A DNA stretch of 54,237 nt. Origin: Spirochaetota bacterium (lineage in GTDB: Bacteria > Spirochaetota > Spirochaetia > Treponematales > UBA12059). Each line of letters opens with the position of its first letter. Positions within the stretch are counted from its first letter, which is position 1. The notes beneath the pieces were generated by a model, which was given only the letters and a program-made list of their open reading frames with translations, was not told the DNA's origin and searched no databases. This document shows, one piece after another, positions 1 to 9,603 of the stretch. The stretch covers positions 1 through 54,237 of the forward strand of contig JAKPMS010000010.1 in NCBI GenBank assembly GCA_029548805.1, written 5' to 3'. The translations under genes were made by a program, and so were the position numbers.

Positions 1-2
1 AA

Positions 3-371
3 AGCGCTTTTAAACCCGAATTCCTGAACCGCATAGACGAAACAGTCGTTTTTGAGCGGCTTAAGCCCAATGACATGACAGGAATTGTGGATATTCAGCT
101 GGCCTTGCTGCAAAAGCGGCTTATGGAACGCTCAGTCAGCATAGAAATGAGCAGGGAGGCAAAAGCTTTGCTTGTAAAAGAGGGTTATGATGAACATTTT
201 GGCGCCAGACCGCTAAAAAGACTTATTCAGACCAGCATACAAAACCCTTTGTCCAAAATGCTTATTGCCGGGGATATAAGAGACGGGGATGCTCTGACAG
301 TAAAACCGGCTGCTGGAAGCGAAAACCTGTTTTCTTTTGAAATAAAACACAATGGAAACAGCACTCACTGA
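3..371 (+). CDS. clpB: ClpB-type AAA+ chaperone, C-terminal fragment (5' end lies outside the window)
   Basis: The frame is open from the window edge. The translation SAFKPEFLNRIDETVVFERL...GARPLKRLIQ matches the conserved C-terminal small domain of ClpB/Hsp100. Confidence 0.8.
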   Translation, partial: SAFKPEFLNRIDETVVFERLKPNDMTGIVDIQLALLQKRLMERSVSIEMSREAKALLVKEGYDEHFGARPLKRLIQTSIQNPLSKMLIAGDIRDGDALTVKPAAGSENLFSFEIKHNGNSTH

Positions 372-1146
372 CAGCCATGCCCACCTGTCCTATGTGCTAG
401 AGCAGCAAGGGCAGGTGGCAATGGACGCCATTATAAAGACTTATTCCGCCCAGGGCTCAGAAGCCTTTATAATGGATATTGGCGTCGATTATGACGACTT
501 TCCTAATAGAAAAGCTCTTTTTGGTGCTTTTCCTTTTGTAAAGCTGTCTGCCGGAATATGGCCAGACCAAGACAGCCTGCAAAGCCAAAAGCATATAGAA
601 GAAAGAGTAAACGAGCTGAAAAACTGGGCAAAGGACGCTTCCTGCCTTGCAATTGGCGAATGCGGCTTGGACTACCATTGGATGAACGGCTCCCAAAAAG
701 CCCAGGAACTGCTGTTCAGGGCACAAGCAGACTTGGCTCTTAAGCTGGGCAAGGCACTTATAGTTCACTCGAGGGATGCCCACCCGGAAACCCTTGCTGT
801 GGTCAAAAGCTATGCGGTCAGCATTCCGGTAATAATCCATTGTTTTTCTTATAATGAAGAAGCTTGCCTGGACTATCTGTCTTGCGGCTGCTACATATCT
901 TTTGCAGGCAATCTTACATACAAAAACGCTGCCCCATTAAGGGCTGCCTGCTCCAAGGTGCCGCTTAATCGCCTTTTGCTGGAAACAGATTCTCCATATA
1001 TGAACCCGGAACCTTTAAGAGGCAAGCCTTCCAGTCCGCTGGACATAAAAAGGAACTATGAAATTGCAGCCGGGCTTAAAGCTTGCAATATCGAAAAACT
1101 GGTATATATCGTAAAAAACAATTTCAAAGATATACTGAACTTGTGA
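352..1146 (+). CDS. tatD: TatD-family metal-dependent hydrolase/DNase
   Basis: 264 aa with N-terminal TDSHAHL, an internal GECGLDYH motif and a C-terminal LLETDSPY motif, all typical of the TatD family. It overlaps the clpB end by 20 nt. Confidence 0.8.
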   Translation: METALTDSHAHLSYVLEQQGQVAMDAIIKTYSAQGSEAFIMDIGVDYDDFPNRKALFGAFPFVKLSAGIWPDQDSLQSQKHIEERVNELKNWAKDASCLAIGECGLDYHWMNGSQKAQELLFRAQADLALKLGKALIVHSRDAHPETLAVVKSYAVSIPVIIHCFSYNEEACLDYLSCGCYISFAGNLTYKNAAPLRAACSKVPLNRLLLETDSPYMNPEPLRGKPSSPLDIKRNYEIAAGLKACNIEKLVYIVKNNFKDILNL

Positions 1147-1264
1147 CAATCGGGCTGTACAGACCGGCAGTCTTTGCACTCTTTGCTGAAATTTCTACTT
1201 GACGGATTAAGCAGTAGTAATACACTATTAAACATGTATTATTAAAACCTGTTTAGGAGGCGGT

Positions 1265-2473
1265 ATGCAAAGATTTGCTAAGATTTTGGCGCTGGCTTTG
1301 GTTTTGTCCCTGGTAATGGGGGCTACAGCCTTTGCGGCTCCCAAAGCAACTTTCCACATTGGAATAGTAACTGGCACTGTATCCCAGTCCGAAGACGACC
1401 TGCGCGGCGCAGAGAAGCTTATTGAGCTTTACGGGTCTGTAAAAGATGGCGGTATGATCCAGCACATTACTTATCCTGATGACTTCATGTCACAGCAGGA
1501 AACAGTTATTTCCAATATTGTTTCTCTTGCGGATGACCCTCTTATGAAGGCCATTGTTGTAAACCAGTCCATTCCTGGCACAGCAGAAGCTTTTAAAAGG
1601 GTAAGGGAAAGGAACCCCAATATCCTGTTGCTGGCCGGCGAGCCGCATGAAGACCCTGATGTTATCCAGAAAGCTGCGGATCTGGCTGTAAACAGCGATT
1701 TTATTGCCCGCGGCTATACCATCATCTGGGCTGCAAAACAGCTTGGCGCAAAAACTTTTGTCCATATTTCGTTCCCAAGGCACATGTCCTACGAGACCCT
1801 TGGCCGCAGAAGAATGATTATGGAACAGGCTTGCAAGGACCTTGGACTCAACTTTGCGTTTGAAACAGCTCCCGACCCCACATCCGATGTGGGAATAGCC
1901 GGCGCACAGCAGTTCATACTGGAGAAGGTACCCCAGTGGATACAGAAATACGGCAAAGACACTGCATTCTTCTGCACCAACGATGCCCACACTGAACCCC
2001 TCCTAAAGCAGCTGCTCACCTATGGCGGCATGTTTGTAGAAGCCGACCTTCCTTCTCCGCTTATGGGCTATCCGGGAGCGCTTGGTATAGACCTGTCCAA
2101 GGAAGCCGGAGATTTCCCTGCCATACTCAAAAAGGTTGAAGCCGCAATCAAGGCAAAAGGCGGTGCAGGCCGCTTTGGCACCTGGGCATATTCTTATGGC
2201 TATACTGTTACAGCCGGACTTGGTGAACTTGCAAAGAACATAATCGAGAAAAAAGCCAAGATTAACAGTCTTAATGACCTGTACAAGGCTTTTGGCAAGT
2301 TTACCCCCGGAGCCAAATGGAACGGCGCTTATTTTGTGGACAATCTTACAGGTGTAAGGGCCACAGGACATGTGCTCGTATACATGGACACCTATGTTTT
2401 TGGCAAAGGCTATCTGCCTACTACACAGCAGAAGATAGATCCCAAATACTTTGCCATTAAATTTGTAAACTAA
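1265..2473 (+). CDS. Secreted periplasmic-binding-protein-like protein, probable substrate-binding component of the downstream ABC importer
   Basis: It has a signal peptide (MQRFAKILALALVLSLVMGATAFA), an AGGAGG RBS 4 nt upstream of the ATG, and sits first in an operon with an ABC ATPase and two permeases. I recall a resemblance to DUF3798-type binding proteins but have not verified it. Confidence 0.55.
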   Translation: MQRFAKILALALVLSLVMGATAFAAPKATFHIGIVTGTVSQSEDDLRGAEKLIELYGSVKDGGMIQHITYPDDFMSQQETVISNIVSLADDPLMKAIVVNQSIPGTAEAFKRVRERNPNILLLAGEPHEDPDVIQKAADLAVNSDFIARGYTIIWAAKQLGAKTFVHISFPRHMSYETLGRRRMIMEQACKDLGLNFAFETAPDPTSDVGIAGAQQFILEKVPQWIQKYGKDTAFFCTNDAHTEPLLKQLLTYGGMFVEADLPSPLMGYPGALGIDLSKEAGDFPAILKKVEAAIKAKGGAGRFGTWAYSYGYTVTAGLGELAKNIIEKKAKINSLNDLYKAFGKFTPGAKWNGAYFVDNLTGVRATGHVLVYMDTYVFGKGYLPTTQQKIDPKYFAIKFVN

Positions 2474-2495
2474 AAAGCCTGTTTGATTTTTAGTG

Positions 2496-2519
2496 GAGGG
2501 GCTTTTTGCCCCTCTTTTT
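2496..2519 (+). terminator. Intra-operon stem-loop with T-run (GAGGGGC-TTTTT-GCCCCTC-TTTTT)
   Basis: A perfect 7-bp GC-rich stem is followed by five T, directly after the binding-protein stop. A second 10-bp hairpin follows at 2530-2557. Confidence 0.6.
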
Positions 2520-2578
2520 CTACAACCCGCGCCTTCGGCCGAGTTAAGCCGAAGGCGTTTGTCTGATAGGGGTACTTA

Positions 2579-4186
2579 ATGGGACAGGACAGTCCGCTTT
2601 TATCCATACAACATGTATCCAAAGATTTTTATGGTAACGTTGTACTGCAGGATGTAAGCTTTGACATAAAACCGGGAGAGATAATAGGCCTTGTCGGCGA
2701 AAATGGCGCCGGCAAAACCACTCTCATGCGCATTTTATTTGGTATGCCGGTCATAACGGAAACTGGCGGGTATCAGGGTAAAATTGTATTTGATGGTCAT
2801 GAAACCAATTTTTCCAGCCCTTTTGATGCTCTGGATGCCGGAATAGGCATGGTCCACCAGGAATTCAGCCTTATTTCCGGCTTTACCACCACAGAAAATA
2901 TTTTGCTCAATAATGAATCCATGAAGCCCAATTTTTTGAATGAGGTTTTTGGGGACAGGATGAGTTTCCTTGACCGCTCTGATATGAAGCAAAGGGCAGT
3001 AAAAGCTATTCAAAAATTAGGCGTAAAGCTGAATCCAGATATGCTTATATCCGAAATGCCCATTGGTCACAGGCAGTTTACAGAAATAGCCAGGGAAATA
3101 AATCGGGAAAAAATAAAACTACTGGTTCTGGATGAGCCTACCGCAGTACTTACAGAAAGCGAAGCGGAAGTTCTTTTAACAAGTCTTAGAAACTTGGCCG
3201 CCAAGGGCATTTCCATAATTTTTATATCCCATCGTCTGCAGGAAGTGCTTTCTGTGGCAGACACCATAGTGGTTTTAAGGGATGGAAAGGCTGTAAAAAA
3301 CCTGCCATCCAAAGAATGCTCTATAAGGGATATAGCGTCATGGATGGTTGGAAGATCCATGACTTCAGAATCCGATGCTGAAGTAGCAAACAGAAAACTT
3401 GCAGATGAGTATTTCAGGGTTGAACATTTGTGGGTGGATATGCCCGGAGAAACAGTCAAGGATGTAAACTTTACTGTCAATAAAGGAGAGATTTTTGGAA
3501 TAGGCGGCCTTGCCGGCCAAGGCAAACTGGGCATTTCCAACGGAATAATGGGCCTTTACCCGGGAGGCGGCAAAGTTATATTTGACGGAAAGGAAGCCCC
3601 GCTAAATGATCCAAGAAAAGTCCTGGAGATAGGCTTTGCCTTTGTGTCCGAGGACAGGCGCGGAGTAGGGCTGCTTTTGGACGAAAGCCTGGAATGGAAT
3701 ATAGCTTTTACTTCCATGCAGATCAAAAACAGCCATTTAAAAAAAATGCTAAAGCTGGTCAAAATTAGGGATGATGCATCCATGAGAAAACTGACAGAGG
3801 AATATATAAAACTTCTGGACATAAAATGCACTGGCCCGTCACAAAAGGCAAAAGAGCTGTCTGGCGGAAACCAGCAAAAAATTTGCCTTGCCAAAGCTTT
3901 TGCCATGAAACCCAGCATACTTTTTGTATCGGAGCCCACACGAGGCATAGATGTCGGTGCCAAAAAGCTGGTTCTTGACACCCTTATAAGATATAACCGC
4001 GAATACGGCACCACAATAGTCATAGTATCCAGCGAACTGGAAGAGCTAAGGTCTTTATGCGACAGGATTGCCATAATAGACGAGGGCAGCGTTGCAGGAA
4101 TTTTGGAGCCTACTGCTCCTTTGGAAGAGTTTGGGATGCTTATGTCGGGAGCCTTTGAAAGCAACAAGGAGGCTAGCCATGCTTAA
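2579..4186 (+). CDS. Sugar-type ABC transporter ATP-binding protein with duplicated ATPase domains
   Basis: 535 aa. The first domain has Walker A GENGAGKT, and an LSGGNQQK signature sits in the second half. The RbsA/MglA-like two-domain layout is present. Confidence 0.9.
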   Translation: MGQDSPLLSIQHVSKDFYGNVVLQDVSFDIKPGEIIGLVGENGAGKTTLMRILFGMPVITETGGYQGKIVFDGHETNFSSPFDALDAGIGMVHQEFSLISGFTTTENILLNNESMKPNFLNEVFGDRMSFLDRSDMKQRAVKAIQKLGVKLNPDMLISEMPIGHRQFTEIAREINREKIKLLVLDEPTAVLTESEAEVLLTSLRNLAAKGISIIFISHRLQEVLSVADTIVVLRDGKAVKNLPSKECSIRDIASWMVGRSMTSESDAEVANRKLADEYFRVEHLWVDMPGETVKDVNFTVNKGEIFGIGGLAGQGKLGISNGIMGLYPGGGKVIFDGKEAPLNDPRKVLEIGFAFVSEDRRGVGLLLDESLEWNIAFTSMQIKNSHLKKMLKLVKIRDDASMRKLTEEYIKLLDIKCTGPSQKAKELSGGNQQKICLAKAFAMKPSILFVSEPTRGIDVGAKKLVLDTLIRYNREYGTTIVIVSSELEELRSLCDRIAIIDEGSVAGILEPTAPLEEFGMLMSGAFESNKEASHA

Positions 4187-5222
4187 AGTCAAAGAGTTTA
4201 TAAGGGATTTCGGCTGGCCGCGCCTTATAATTTTTTTCTTTCTGGTGTTCATGTTTATTGCCGCTCCTTTTGTGGGCGTCCGCCTGGATGCTTCCTTTTC
4301 GGATGTGCTGAACAGGTTCGGCATGAATGCCATTATGGTGCTGGCCATGGTACCCATGGTGCAAAGCGGCTGCGGTCTCAATTTTGGTTTGCCTTTGGGA
4401 ATCATTTCAGGCTTGCTGGGAGCGACTATTTCCATCCAACTTGGGGTAACAGGCTTTGGCGGCTTTTTGATCGCCGTATTTATAGCGCTTTTTTTTGCAA
4501 GCATTTTGGGCTGGCTTTACGGTCTTCTTCTTAACAAGGTAAAAGGAGAAGAGATGACCATAGCCATGTATGTTGGCTTTGCCAGCGTAATGTTCATGTC
4601 AATCATGTGGCTTGTATTGCCTTATAACAGCCCAAACATGGTATGGGGTTATGCAGGCAAAGGCCTTAGAACAACCATCACCGTAGAAGGCTACTGGTTA
4701 AGGGTTCTGAATAATTTTCTGGCCATAAAGTTTGGCGAATTTTTTGTAATTCCTACGGGACTTCTTCTTTTTGTGGCTTTGTGTGTTTTAATTGTTTATG
4801 TTTTTATGCGCACCAAAACCGGTACAGCCATGACTGCAGTAGGATCCAATCCGGATTTTGCCAGGGCCAGCGGAGTTTCTGTGGACAGAATGCGCGCCAT
4901 ATCGGTAATGCTGTCTACCATGCTTGGGGCTGTTGGTATAATTGTATATGAACAGAGCTTCGGCTTTATCCAGTTGTACACCGGGCCTTTGTATATGGCT
5001 TTTCCGGCGGTTGCCGCCATTCTTATTGGCGGGGCTTCTGTGAACAAGGCCAGCATGCTTAATGTTCTTGTGGGCACCTTCCTGTTTCAGGGTTTGCTGA
5101 CCATGACTCCGTCAGTAATTAACAGCCTGCTCCAAAATGACATGTCGGAAGTCATTCGTATAGTTGTGTCCAACGGCATGATTTTATATGCGCTTACGCG
5201 CAAAACAAAGGTAAGCAAATGA
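4179..5222 (+). CDS. ABC transporter permease
   Basis: Polytopic hydrophobic protein. I prefer the ATG at 4179 because AAGGAGG lies at 4166-4172 and the gene overlaps the upstream gene by 8 nt. The ORF-track start at 4092 lies inside the ATPase gene. Confidence 0.85.
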   Translation: MLKVKEFIRDFGWPRLIIFFFLVFMFIAAPFVGVRLDASFSDVLNRFGMNAIMVLAMVPMVQSGCGLNFGLPLGIISGLLGATISIQLGVTGFGGFLIAVFIALFFASILGWLYGLLLNKVKGEEMTIAMYVGFASVMFMSIMWLVLPYNSPNMVWGYAGKGLRTTITVEGYWLRVLNNFLAIKFGEFFVIPTGLLLFVALCVLIVYVFMRTKTGTAMTAVGSNPDFARASGVSVDRMRAISVMLSTMLGAVGIIVYEQSFGFIQLYTGPLYMAFPAVAAILIGGASVNKASMLNVLVGTFLFQGLLTMTPSVINSLLQNDMSEVIRIVVSNGMILYALTRKTKVSK

Positions 5223-6352
5223 GCGGCAAAAACAAACTTGGCCGCGTATTGGCAGACAACGCGGTAGTCATCCTTTTTATATTATTGTCTGTAATTGCAA
5301 TTCCGTTTTCGGGCTTCTCTGTTCAAAATATTTTGCAGGAAATGTTTACCAGACTTGGCAGAAACTCCTTCCTGGTACTTGCCCTGCTGCTGCCAATATA
5401 TGCTGGCATGGGCCTGAACTTTGGCATGACCCTGGGAGCCATGGCAGGCCAAATAGGACTTATCATGGCCATAGACTGGGGCATAGCCGGCTGGCGAGGG
5501 CTTGTGTTTGCGGCTCTTGTAGGCACACCCCTGTCAATCCTGCTTGGCTGGATATGCGGTGCGGTAATGAACCGTGCAAAAGGCAGAGAAATGGTTACCG
5601 GCTACATACTTGCCTTTTTTATGAATGGCGTATACATGTTTTTGGTGCTTTTCACAATGGGAGCCGTCATACCCGTACGCTCTGCAACCATTTTGCTTAC
5701 CAGGGGGTACGGTATACGCAATACCCTTAACCTGGATCTGGTGCGTGCTTCCTTGGACAAGCTGCTAATGCTAAGAATAGGCCCGTTTTTTATACCTGTA
5801 GCCACCTATCTTGTTATTGCAGTTCTGTGTGTTTTTATTGTCTGGTTCAAAAAAACAAAATTGGGCCAGGATATGAGGGCAGTAGGGCATGACCTGGTTG
5901 TGGCAGACTCGGCAGGTATTCCTGTAGAAAGAACAAGAATTATTGCAGTGGTAATTTCCACTGTTCTGGCTTGTTACGGACAAATTATATTTTTGCAGAA
6001 TATGGGCAATATGGCCACCTATAATGCACATGACCAGACAGGTTTTTTTGCTGTTGCAGCCATTTTGGTAGGCGGAGCTTCAGTTAAAAAAGCATCCCTC
6101 CTTAATGCATTTTTGGGGATTTTTCTGCTGCACCTTATGTTTTATGTATCTCCGCGAGCCGGACAGAACCTGTTTGGCTCGGCCATGATAGGTGAATACT
6201 TCAGGCAGTTTGTCGGTTACGGAGTAATAGCTTTGTCCCTGGTATTGTATGCATGGAAAACCAGGAGAGATGCAGTTTTTGCCAGGGAAGTACTAAAGAA
6301 CAATGGTTCCTCCGGGCACAGTGATGCCGCTAAAGAAGGAGCTGCCAAATGA
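5219..6352 (+). CDS. ABC transporter permease (second subunit)
   Basis: Polytopic membrane protein with an ATGA start/stop overlap onto the preceding permease. Confidence 0.85.
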   Translation: MSGKNKLGRVLADNAVVILFILLSVIAIPFSGFSVQNILQEMFTRLGRNSFLVLALLLPIYAGMGLNFGMTLGAMAGQIGLIMAIDWGIAGWRGLVFAALVGTPLSILLGWICGAVMNRAKGREMVTGYILAFFMNGVYMFLVLFTMGAVIPVRSATILLTRGYGIRNTLNLDLVRASLDKLLMLRIGPFFIPVATYLVIAVLCVFIVWFKKTKLGQDMRAVGHDLVVADSAGIPVERTRIIAVVISTVLACYGQIIFLQNMGNMATYNAHDQTGFFAVAAILVGGASVKKASLLNAFLGIFLLHLMFYVSPRAGQNLFGSAMIGEYFRQFVGYGVIALSLVLYAWKTRRDAVFAREVLKNNGSSGHSDAAKEGAAK

Positions 6353-6852
6353 AAATCAGCTTAAAAACTCCTAAAGAAAAACGGCGCTTTCTGATCAGGA
6401 TAGCTCTTGTTTTGTTGTATTTTTGCGTTACCATTTTTGTCCTTTTTAACGGAAGGGGTCACACAATTCTTATTGACAACAAAGATGCGGACGACCTGAG
6501 CTATGAAGCCGTGGATGGCATGGAAGTATCCATTGATTCCCAGGAAAGCGCCGAATACTGGCCGGGAGACAGGGACAAAGCCGTTGTCAGGGGTCAAAAA
6601 CATAAAATAAGGATTAGTTTTTTTGATGAAGAAATCCCCGAATTCGAGGCAACATTTACTGTACCTTTTTCTGTTGACATGCTTATTTTATCCGTTCCAA
6701 AAATGCTTGCCGGAATTGAACCATTCATAGAAACTTTTGTAGCACCTGATTTTGTGGACACTTTTGAAAAAGAAGAAAGCGCGGAAAGCTTTGACAGCTT
6801 TGAAGATATGTATGACGGCTTGCAGCAAGAGGATTATTATATAGGGTCATGA
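6349..6852 (+). CDS. Hypothetical membrane-anchored protein with an acidic C-terminus
   Basis: ATGA overlap with the permease gene, one N-terminal TM segment, and no motif I recognise. Confidence 0.55.
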   Translation: MKISLKTPKEKRRFLIRIALVLLYFCVTIFVLFNGRGHTILIDNKDADDLSYEAVDGMEVSIDSQESAEYWPGDRDKAVVRGQKHKIRISFFDEEIPEFEATFTVPFSVDMLILSVPKMLAGIEPFIETFVAPDFVDTFEKEESAESFDSFEDMYDGLQQEDYYIGS

Positions 6853-6873
6853 ATCCTAAAAACAATCAGTAAT

Positions 6874-6907
6874 AAAAAAAGCCTTCCGCACCCGGGAAGG
6901 CTTTTTT
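6874..6907. terminator. Bidirectional rho-independent terminator between convergent operons
   Basis: AAAAAAA-GCCTTCC-loop-GGAAGGC-TTTTTT, with an A-run and a T-run flanking a 7-bp GC-rich stem. Confidence 0.75.
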
Positions 6908-6929
6908 ATTATCAAGAGAAAAGCAATTT

Positions 6930-7667
6930 TTACCAGCCGTCCACCATGTCGTCTACATCCCTGCTGTCTTCTGCAAACAGGTCTGTTACCGCTCTAAGGT
7001 CGTCAAAATAAATATAATATGTGCCAAAGGCTTCCATTGGGTCGCATTCAATTTTAAAGCCGTGAACTTTTAGCCCCATCTGGTTGTTGTAATGGAAGTT
7101 CCTTTGAATAATGCCTGTTTTGCCATCGGGGTTCTGGGGGGGTATGGCCACAGACATTTTTTTCCAGCCCTGGAAGTTCAGCTTGCCAAGGGTCAATTCA
7201 AACTGGTTGTTAAAAAAATCCGAAACAATAAGCTTTAGCACATGATTATAGTTTCTTCCTGCTACCCATACCGATACGGTTTTGGCAATACCTTCTATGG
7301 GAATGGGTTTTTGAGCCATTACATAAACAGTATTGTAACCCCGTCTGAAAAACTCCACCTTGGCGCCGTAGCTGTAAATATCAGCAAGCTTTGGGTCTAT
7401 GCCTGTATAGCGCTCTTCGGATTTGGGTTCATCTGTTTTTGCGGCAGGACCGCCGGCAAACAATCTGCCGCTGGCTATTCCTTCGTCCCTTGAAATTTGT
7501 ACATTCCAAAAGCCTGCAGATTCAAATTTGTCAACAGTAACCGTCTGCAACTTTTGCTGAGCAGTGTCAACGCCGATAGCATTGGGATCAGGGCTTCCAA
7601 CTGTTTCCTGGGCAAAAGCTGCATACAAAACAGATAAAGCCAAAATAATGGTAAATATCTTTTTCAT
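6930..7667 (-). CDS. flaA: Flagellar filament outer layer (sheath) protein FlaA paralogue
   Basis: Signal peptide plus conserved FlaA-family blocks (FWNVQ..., GWKKMSV.IP, YIYFDDLR..TD). It lies 9 nt downstream of another flaA-like gene. Confidence 0.8.
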   Translation of the reverse strand: MKKIFTIILALSVLYAAFAQETVGSPDPNAIGVDTAQQKLQTVTVDKFESAGFWNVQISRDEGIASGRLFAGGPAAKTDEPKSEERYTGIDPKLADIYSYGAKVEFFRRGYNTVYVMAQKPIPIEGIAKTVSVWVAGRNYNHVLKLIVSDFFNNQFELTLGKLNFQGWKKMSVAIPPQNPDGKTGIIQRNFHYNNQMGLKVHGFKIECDPMEAFGTYYIYFDDLRAVTDLFAEDSRDVDDMVDGW

Positions 7668-7676
7668 GGTTTCCCC

Positions 7677-8465
7677 TTATTTGGACTCGCCGGAGCTGCC
7701 CCAAATTTCTTCAATTACCTTTGGATTGGTCAAGGAGTCGCCGTCAAAAAGGGATTCAAAGGTATCGGTAAGAACTTTAAGCTGGTCAAAGTAAAAATAA
7801 ACAGCCCTTTCCATAATACCCGCATCCGCTTTGGCGGGAGCTGCGACAACTTCAGTAGGGCGTGTCCAAATCCTGAACTTTACCAAACTAAGATTTTCCT
7901 TCTTGGGCAAGTACTTTTTGGACTGCGGGATGTTTGAAGGGATGTTTACCCTAAAGTTTTTCCATCCTATATGGTTTAGGTTGCCCATCGGCAATACATG
8001 CACTATACCCATGAAATCGCGTATATAGGCTTCCAGGTAATAGTCATAATTCCCGGACCAAATCCATAAATCCAGCATACGCACTCTGCCCGGCAAAGGT
8101 AGTTCTTTGGGCTCGTAGCTGACATCATCACCGGAGCCGGATTTACTGCCTGGAATAATATCCACCCAGTTGTACTCTTTTCTGTCAAATAAAAAAGCCA
8201 TACCCAGGCTTTTTAAATCCTTGTCCCCCGGGTCTGTTCCAAAAAGGGCAACCGGCCAGGTTTTTGCATATGCCATTTTTGGAAAATCTTTGGTGGCAAA
8301 CTTGCTTCCAATAAGGAACCAAGGCTGTTCTTCCGGTTCATCGAAACTCTGGACTATTATAGACTCCAGGTTTACTGTTTCATCGTCGGCAAAAACAATG
8401 TTCACCGCCAGCATGAAAACGATGACGAAAGACAGGCTGATCGCTTTTACGACGCGCTGTTTCAT
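7677..8465 (-). CDS. flaA: Flagellar filament outer layer protein FlaA paralogue
   Basis: Signal peptide and FlaA-like blocks (SFDEPE..W, GWKNFRVNIP, YFYFDQLKVLTD). An AAGGAG RBS lies 8 nt upstream. Confidence 0.8.
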   Translation of the reverse strand: MKQRVVKAISLSFVIVFMLAVNIVFADDETVNLESIIVQSFDEPEEQPWFLIGSKFATKDFPKMAYAKTWPVALFGTDPGDKDLKSLGMAFLFDRKEYNWVDIIPGSKSGSGDDVSYEPKELPLPGRVRMLDLWIWSGNYDYYLEAYIRDFMGIVHVLPMGNLNHIGWKNFRVNIPSNIPQSKKYLPKKENLSLVKFRIWTRPTEVVAAPAKADAGIMERAVYFYFDQLKVLTDTFESLFDGDSLTNPKVIEEIWGSSGESK

Positions 8466-8521
8466 CAGAACAACTCCTTAATTTTATACCACATTATAAA
8501 AAGTAATAATCCTATTGTGGA

Positions 8522-8550
8522 ATTATATTTTTAAGATCATTCTTTGTCAA
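8522..8550 (-). promoter_or_regulatory. Consensus sigma70-type promoter for the flaA-flaA operon
   Basis: The minus strand reads TTGACA-N17-TATAAT (TTGACAAAGAATGATCTTAAAAATATAAT), about 55 nt upstream of the start codon. Confidence 0.6.
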
Positions 8551-8596
8551 ATAAAATAGGACATTTCAGGCTCCTTGTAATATATCGATGCGGTTT

Positions 8597-9478
8597 TTAT
8601 GGTTTGCGGGCTTTTTTGTTGCCAGTTTGCACGGTTTTCCACTTGGCCTGACTTAAATTGCCGCTGTTTTGCTGGCGCATCCTGTCCAAGTCTATAAGGC
8701 TTTCCTGGATATCCCAACATATATAATACTGGAACAAAGCGTTTTGCGTTGGTTTTGCCAATGGGTATTCCGCAATCAAAAGAGTGTTTTTGTCAAAAGC
8801 GTTGGCAGCCCAATCATCAAGCTCCTGCAGCTCAGCCGATATGTATGCTGCTCTATAGTCGGAATTCTTGATATTTTGTGCGGCTTTTGAATTGTAGCCT
8901 CCGTAAATACGCTCCGTTACCAAACTGGCCCCAGGATTTTCGGATTCAAAAACAGAGCTGAAAAGTTCCGGCGCTGAACTCTGGGAGGCTTTGCCTGAAA
9001 AAATGGCAATGCAAAGAGGGTTTTCATTGTTGTGCTTTGCTTTTTTTATATATGAAGCCATAAGTCTGGCTCCAAGTTCGGCAGCTCCTTCAGAATAGAA
9101 AACAGACGAGAAAAGCCTTTTGTCCGGTTTTGGCTCTTGTGCTGACAAAAGGCAAATAACGGTATTTTCGTCTCTGGATAAAATGGCGGGAATTTCCGCT
9201 GACAGCAAAGGAGACAAAAAAATAGTTTTTGGTGAATGCATTTCTATTATGTCGTACAACTCTTCCTGTGTATTCTCTGATGATAATACAATCACTTTTT
9301 GGGCCACTTTTCTGTATGAATGGTCCGTTCCTGTATCCAGCTTGGCAAAGATGGGGTCAATAATTGCGATGGCATTATTTGAACAGGAGAATAATAAGAA
9401 AAATAAAAGGCTGTACGGGAATAAGTAATTGTTTTTCACAAGGCCTGGCATAATAACCGATTTTTTTTTATACAACAA
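8597..9478 (-). CDS. Hypothetical lipoprotein
   Basis: Hydrophobic N-terminus ending in the lipobox-like LLFSC. No recognisable catalytic motif. Confidence 0.55.
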   Translation of the reverse strand: MLYKKKSVIMPGLVKNNYLFPYSLLFFLLFSCSNNAIAIIDPIFAKLDTGTDHSYRKVAQKVIVLSSENTQEELYDIIEMHSPKTIFLSPLLSAEIPAILSRDENTVICLLSAQEPKPDKRLFSSVFYSEGAAELGARLMASYIKKAKHNNENPLCIAIFSGKASQSSAPELFSSVFESENPGASLVTERIYGGYNSKAAQNIKNSDYRAAYISAELQELDDWAANAFDKNTLLIAEYPLAKPTQNALFQYYICWDIQESLIDLDRMRQQNSGNLSQAKWKTVQTGNKKARKP

Positions 9479-9542
9479 GCCAGAGCATAAGGCTTTTGCC
9501 AGCTGTATAGCGCTTTTGCTTCTTGCCTATTGGCAAATACTA

Positions 9543-9571
9543 TTGACCTTGACCATAAGGGAACCTAGAAT
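9543..9571 (+). promoter_or_regulatory. Candidate sigma70-type promoter of fba
   Basis: TTGACC-N17-TAGAAT, ending 32 nt upstream of the fba start. Confidence 0.45.
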
Positions 9572-9603
9572 TGGTATCACAACAAACAATCAGGGAGAAA
9601 AAT

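Noticed and set aside
3556-4167. Long antisense or off-frame ORFs inside well-supported genes. Examples are 3556-4167 minus, 25524-26135 minus, 29352-29927 minus, 40056-40646 minus, 52854-53363 minus, 53839-54213 minus and 12464-13057 plus.
   Set aside because: They are shadow ORFs opposite or overlapping genes that carry clear family motifs. Their translations are low-complexity or Cys/Ser/Leu-biased, and they lack RBS support.
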